Shown here one piece after another: positions 43,214-45,904 of a stretch of DNA of 45,904 nucleotides (positions are counted from its first letter, which is position 1; the number at the start of each line of letters is the position of its first letter). The stretch comes from Halioglobus sp. (GTDB lineage Bacteria > Pseudomonadota > Gammaproteobacteria > Pseudomonadales > Halieaceae): assembly GCA_047626655.1 (NCBI GenBank), contig JBLHSI010000001.1, forward strand, positions 1 to 45,904. The letters are read 5' to 3'. The position numbers and the translations under genes were made by a program. The notes beneath the pieces are model-generated. The model was not told the origin of the DNA. It saw only the letters and a list, made by a program, of their open reading frames with translations, and did no database searches.

Positions 43214-45202
43214 ATGAATATTCCCAAAGTTTGTTTGATTGGCGTTGGGCATTTTGGCAAAGCCCACCTTTCAGAATGGCTGAAATTACAGGACGAAGGG
43301 CAAGCTCATATATCCGCTCTCGTTGTGCAATCTGAAGAGTCGCGCGCTGAGCTCGCTGCTGCGTATTCAATTCCTGTATTTACTGACCTCAATGACGAAA
43401 TGCTGCGGGATACCGATGTTGTCGACATTGTGACGCCGGGCGACACGCATTTGGCTTTGATAGAACAATGCTTGCCGCATTGCCACGTATTGGTAGAAAA
43501 GCCGCTGGTGACATCGATGGAGCAGCTTAATGCGCTCAATTCGATGCTCGAGGAGTATCCGGATAAATTGATGGTGGGTCACAACTATCGATTTAACCAA
43601 GTCGTCATAAAGTTGGGTGAACTGATTGAGCGAGAGGTCGAGCAGCCTTCACTGGTTGAAATAACCATGCTTAACAAGAGCACGACTGTAGTTGATTTGA
43701 ACCCAAACCTGGAATATGTCCACGCCTTCGATATTATGGACTGTTTGTTTGAGCTCGAACCGACCGTGGAGACATCCAGGTCTATCGACAATAGCCATCA
43801 AGTCAGCATCCGCTATGGCGATTCGCTGCATTGTGTTATGAGCTTGGGCTGGCACGACAAGCCCAGTAAAAGAAGCATCCATATCGTTTACCCGAATATG
43901 GATATCAGCTGTGATCTGTTGAAATACTCCATTCGTGTTAATAGCAATAGCCATTTCGATTCGTTTAACTTACCCCATAATCAAACTGCATTGAGAGACG
44001 AGCTACAGGCATTTTTGCAGTATTTTAAGGGCAATGTCAGCAATCCCGTGTCGGCTCAGGTTGCAGCTAGATCCCTTAAAACGGCATTGCGAACTACCCC
44101 TAAGGGCAGAAGGAAAGCCCCCACTGTCGCGGTAATCGGAGGAGGAATTTTTGGCACAAACTGTGCTCTAGAGCTGAGTGATAGCTGCGAAGTTTCTCTG
44201 TTCGAACGCCATCCAAAACTGATGGAAGAGGTATCCTTTGTCAATCAGTGGCGGCATCACTCTGGTTTCCACTACCCCAGAAGCTATGACACTATTCAAG
44301 AAATTCGATCTACTAAGAATACCTTTGAAGAGATTTACAAAGACGCGATCACTTATGACAACACCTCATATTTTTGCCCCTCTGCCTCGGGTGTAGAAAT
44401 TCCTGCGGAGCGATATCTGGCCGCTTGCTCAAGCAACTACCTGTCTTTTTCTTTCGAGTATCCACCCCGCGATATCGTTGACCGCGACGCCATCAGTCTC
44501 TCTCTGAAAACCGATGAAGGCGTATACGATTTTTACAAGCTTAGGGAGATGGTTGAGCAACGGTTGGCCGCTGCGAGTCACATTCAAGCGCATACCAGTA
44601 CCAATATTGTGGGAGCGGAGATTCTGCCCGATGGGTCGAAACAGCTATCAATCGAACGCGATGGTGAAGTGACCACAATGGTTTTCGACTACCTCATTAA
44701 CGCAACCTATGCGAACCGAAACCTGCTGGCCAAGTGGTTTTCTTTTCCAATTGAGCCTCTGAGGTTTGACCTTTATGAGATGCTGGTTGTGCGCCTGCCG
44801 ATTGAGCAACTCTGTGTGACTATCATCGATGGGCCTTTTACCAGTTTGGTGGGCATGGGGTATGACAACCTCTTTTTGCTGTCACATATTCACGACTCAG
44901 TACTAAAAAGTGAGGTTACCGCGGATGGTATGCCTCCCGACTGGGGCGATATTCAGTCAAACAGTTACAATATGCTGCGCAGTGCTTCGAAGTATATACC
45001 GGTGTTAAAGGACGCAGAGATTGTTGAGTCACGCTATGCAACAAGAGCCGTAAACGCTTACGCACGTGATTTCGATGCTCGACCGTCGGTTATTAGAAAC
45101 CATGGCTTTGGCTGCTGGTCAGTTATGGGTGGAAAAATCGTTACCTGTGTGAGCAACGCGCGAGAGATTGCAGCTGGCATTGAGAAAACGCTCGTTCGAT
45201 GA
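43214..45202 (+). CDS. two-domain fusion: N-terminal Gfo/Idh/MocA oxidoreductase plus C-terminal FAD-dependent (DAO-like) oxidoreductase
   Basis: N-terminal domain: VCLIGVGHFGKAHL, VEKPL, GHNYRFN. From about residue 300: VAVIGGGIFGTNCALELS..EVSLFER (GxGxxG-E dinucleotide fold) and NQWRHHSGFHYPRS. Confidence 0.7.
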   Translation: MNIPKVCLIGVGHFGKAHLSEWLKLQDEGQAHISALVVQSEESRAELAAAYSIPVFTDLNDEMLRDTDVVDIVTPGDTHLALIEQCLPHCHVLVEKPLVTSMEQLNALNSMLEEYPDKLMVGHNYRFNQVVIKLGELIEREVEQPSLVEITMLNKSTTVVDLNPNLEYVHAFDIMDCLFELEPTVETSRSIDNSHQVSIRYGDSLHCVMSLGWHDKPSKRSIHIVYPNMDISCDLLKYSIRVNSNSHFDSFNLPHNQTALRDELQAFLQYFKGNVSNPVSAQVAARSLKTALRTTPKGRRKAPTVAVIGGGIFGTNCALELSDSCEVSLFERHPKLMEEVSFVNQWRHHSGFHYPRSYDTIQEIRSTKNTFEEIYKDAITYDNTSYFCPSASGVEIPAERYLAACSSNYLSFSFEYPPRDIVDRDAISLSLKTDEGVYDFYKLREMVEQRLAAASHIQAHTSTNIVGAEILPDGSKQLSIERDGEVTTMVFDYLINATYANRNLLAKWFSFPIEPLRFDLYEMLVVRLPIEQLCVTIIDGPFTSLVGMGYDNLFLLSHIHDSVLKSEVTADGMPPDWGDIQSNSYNMLRSASKYIPVLKDAEIVESRYATRAVNAYARDFDARPSVIRNHGFGCWSVMGGKIVTCVSNAREIAAGIEKTLVR

Positions 45203-45437
45203 GTCGCTCCCTCTGCTATAGAAAATTTACGAGAGTGATGCGACAGCTGCGATAGCAGCGGCTCATCTGGAACTCGGACTCGAGAACGTTGTGCAGGGGC
45301 ACTGTTGCTACTATCACCTCTATGCCACGTATCGGTGTGTCTGTGGGCATACCTTCATCGCACTTTATACAGTTGAGTTCATAGTCCAGCATTTGATCAC
45401 GACCTAGGCGTGCCGTTAGTGGCTGCTTCAGAGCGAC

Positions 45438-45904
45438 TTATTTTTGCAGTCGCCCGTTTGGGCGTATCTCGAGCAAGTCTACGGCTACACCGGCGGGCTG
45501 TGCCAGCGCAAAAGCTACTGCCTCGCCAAGTTGAGCCGTCTCCATTCCGGTCCTCATGTAAGCCCCGGCCTCTTTCCATGCACTCACACCTGCTTGCAAT
45601 GCTTCGTTGTCCCAGCCATTTGCAAAGTTTGTCCATGCGTTCCCCGGGCGAATGCAGGTGACGCCAATGCCGTCGACTTGCAATTCGGTACTTAGATCGC
45701 GGCTAAAACGCTCCAGGGCAGCCTTAGTGGCGGCGTAGATAGACAAGTGGCTCATCTCATCATAGTGATGCGCAGATGCCGAAGATATATTAATAATACG
45801 GGGGTTGTCGCTGCCGCGCAGCAGCGGAATAGCGGCCTGACAGCAAAATACGGCGCCCAAAAAATTAGTATTTAATTGTAGTAATACTTCGTCTACGATG
45901 AGTT
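45438..45904 (-). CDS. SDR-family oxidoreductase, C-terminal part (5' end lies outside the window)
   Basis: The frame is open to the window edge (..LIVDEVLLQLNTNFLGAVF..). IINISSAS and YAATKAALERF (YxxxK) motifs, then IRPG. Confidence 0.8.
   Translation of the reverse strand, partial: LIVDEVLLQLNTNFLGAVFCCQAAIPLLRGSDNPRIINISSASAHHYDEMSHLSIYAATKAALERFSRDLSTELQVDGIGVTCIRPGNAWTNFANGWDNEALQAGVSAWKEAGAYMRTGMETAQLGEAVAFALAQPAGVAVDLLEIRPNGRLQK

Overview
Gammaproteobacterial chromosomal window; the gene order resembles Pseudomonas and Cellvibrio-type genomes. It has three parts.

(1) 1-11.7 kb is an ordinary, tightly packed housekeeping block. On the + strand: gshB (partial), a TonB-like gene, yqgE/algH and ruvX. 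On the - strand: pilU and pilT. Then on the + strand: yggS, proC, yggT, metX, metW, a DUF4426 gene, rdgB and hemW, followed by a NUDIX hydrolase on the - strand.

(2) 11.7-15.4 kb (- strand) is the most unusual feature of the window. The ORF track shows two ORFs here, but they form one continuous 1,235-codon frame. It encodes a membrane-anchored FG-GAP/VCBS plus UnbV/ASPIC (CRTAC1-family) protein fused to two tandem TlpA-like thioredoxin domains. A single in-frame TGA (13288-13290) interrupts it. A GC-rich hairpin with GU in its loop follows at about the spacing of a bacterial SECIS element. The gene is therefore either a candidate new selenoprotein or a nonsense pseudogene.

(3) 15.7-45.2 kb is a roughly 30 kb Wzx/Wzy-type polysaccharide locus, more AT-rich than the core block.
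- Export and assembly genes: two MOP-family flippases, Wzy, a Wza lipoprotein, a GumC/Wzz-type co-polymerase, and a separate BY-kinase-like protein with degenerate Walker motifs.
- Transferases: a WcaJ-type priming transferase and six glycosyltransferases.
- Sugar-nucleotide genes: a CDP-hexose pathway, a C-methyltransferase operon, and a FemAB-like/DegT/SDR module.
- Less usual members: a Gfo/Idh/MocA-FAD oxidoreductase fusion, and a secreted galactose-oxidase/glyoxal-oxidase-type copper radical oxidase with all catalytic residues present.

I saw no rRNA, tRNA, CRISPR array, transposase or integrase.
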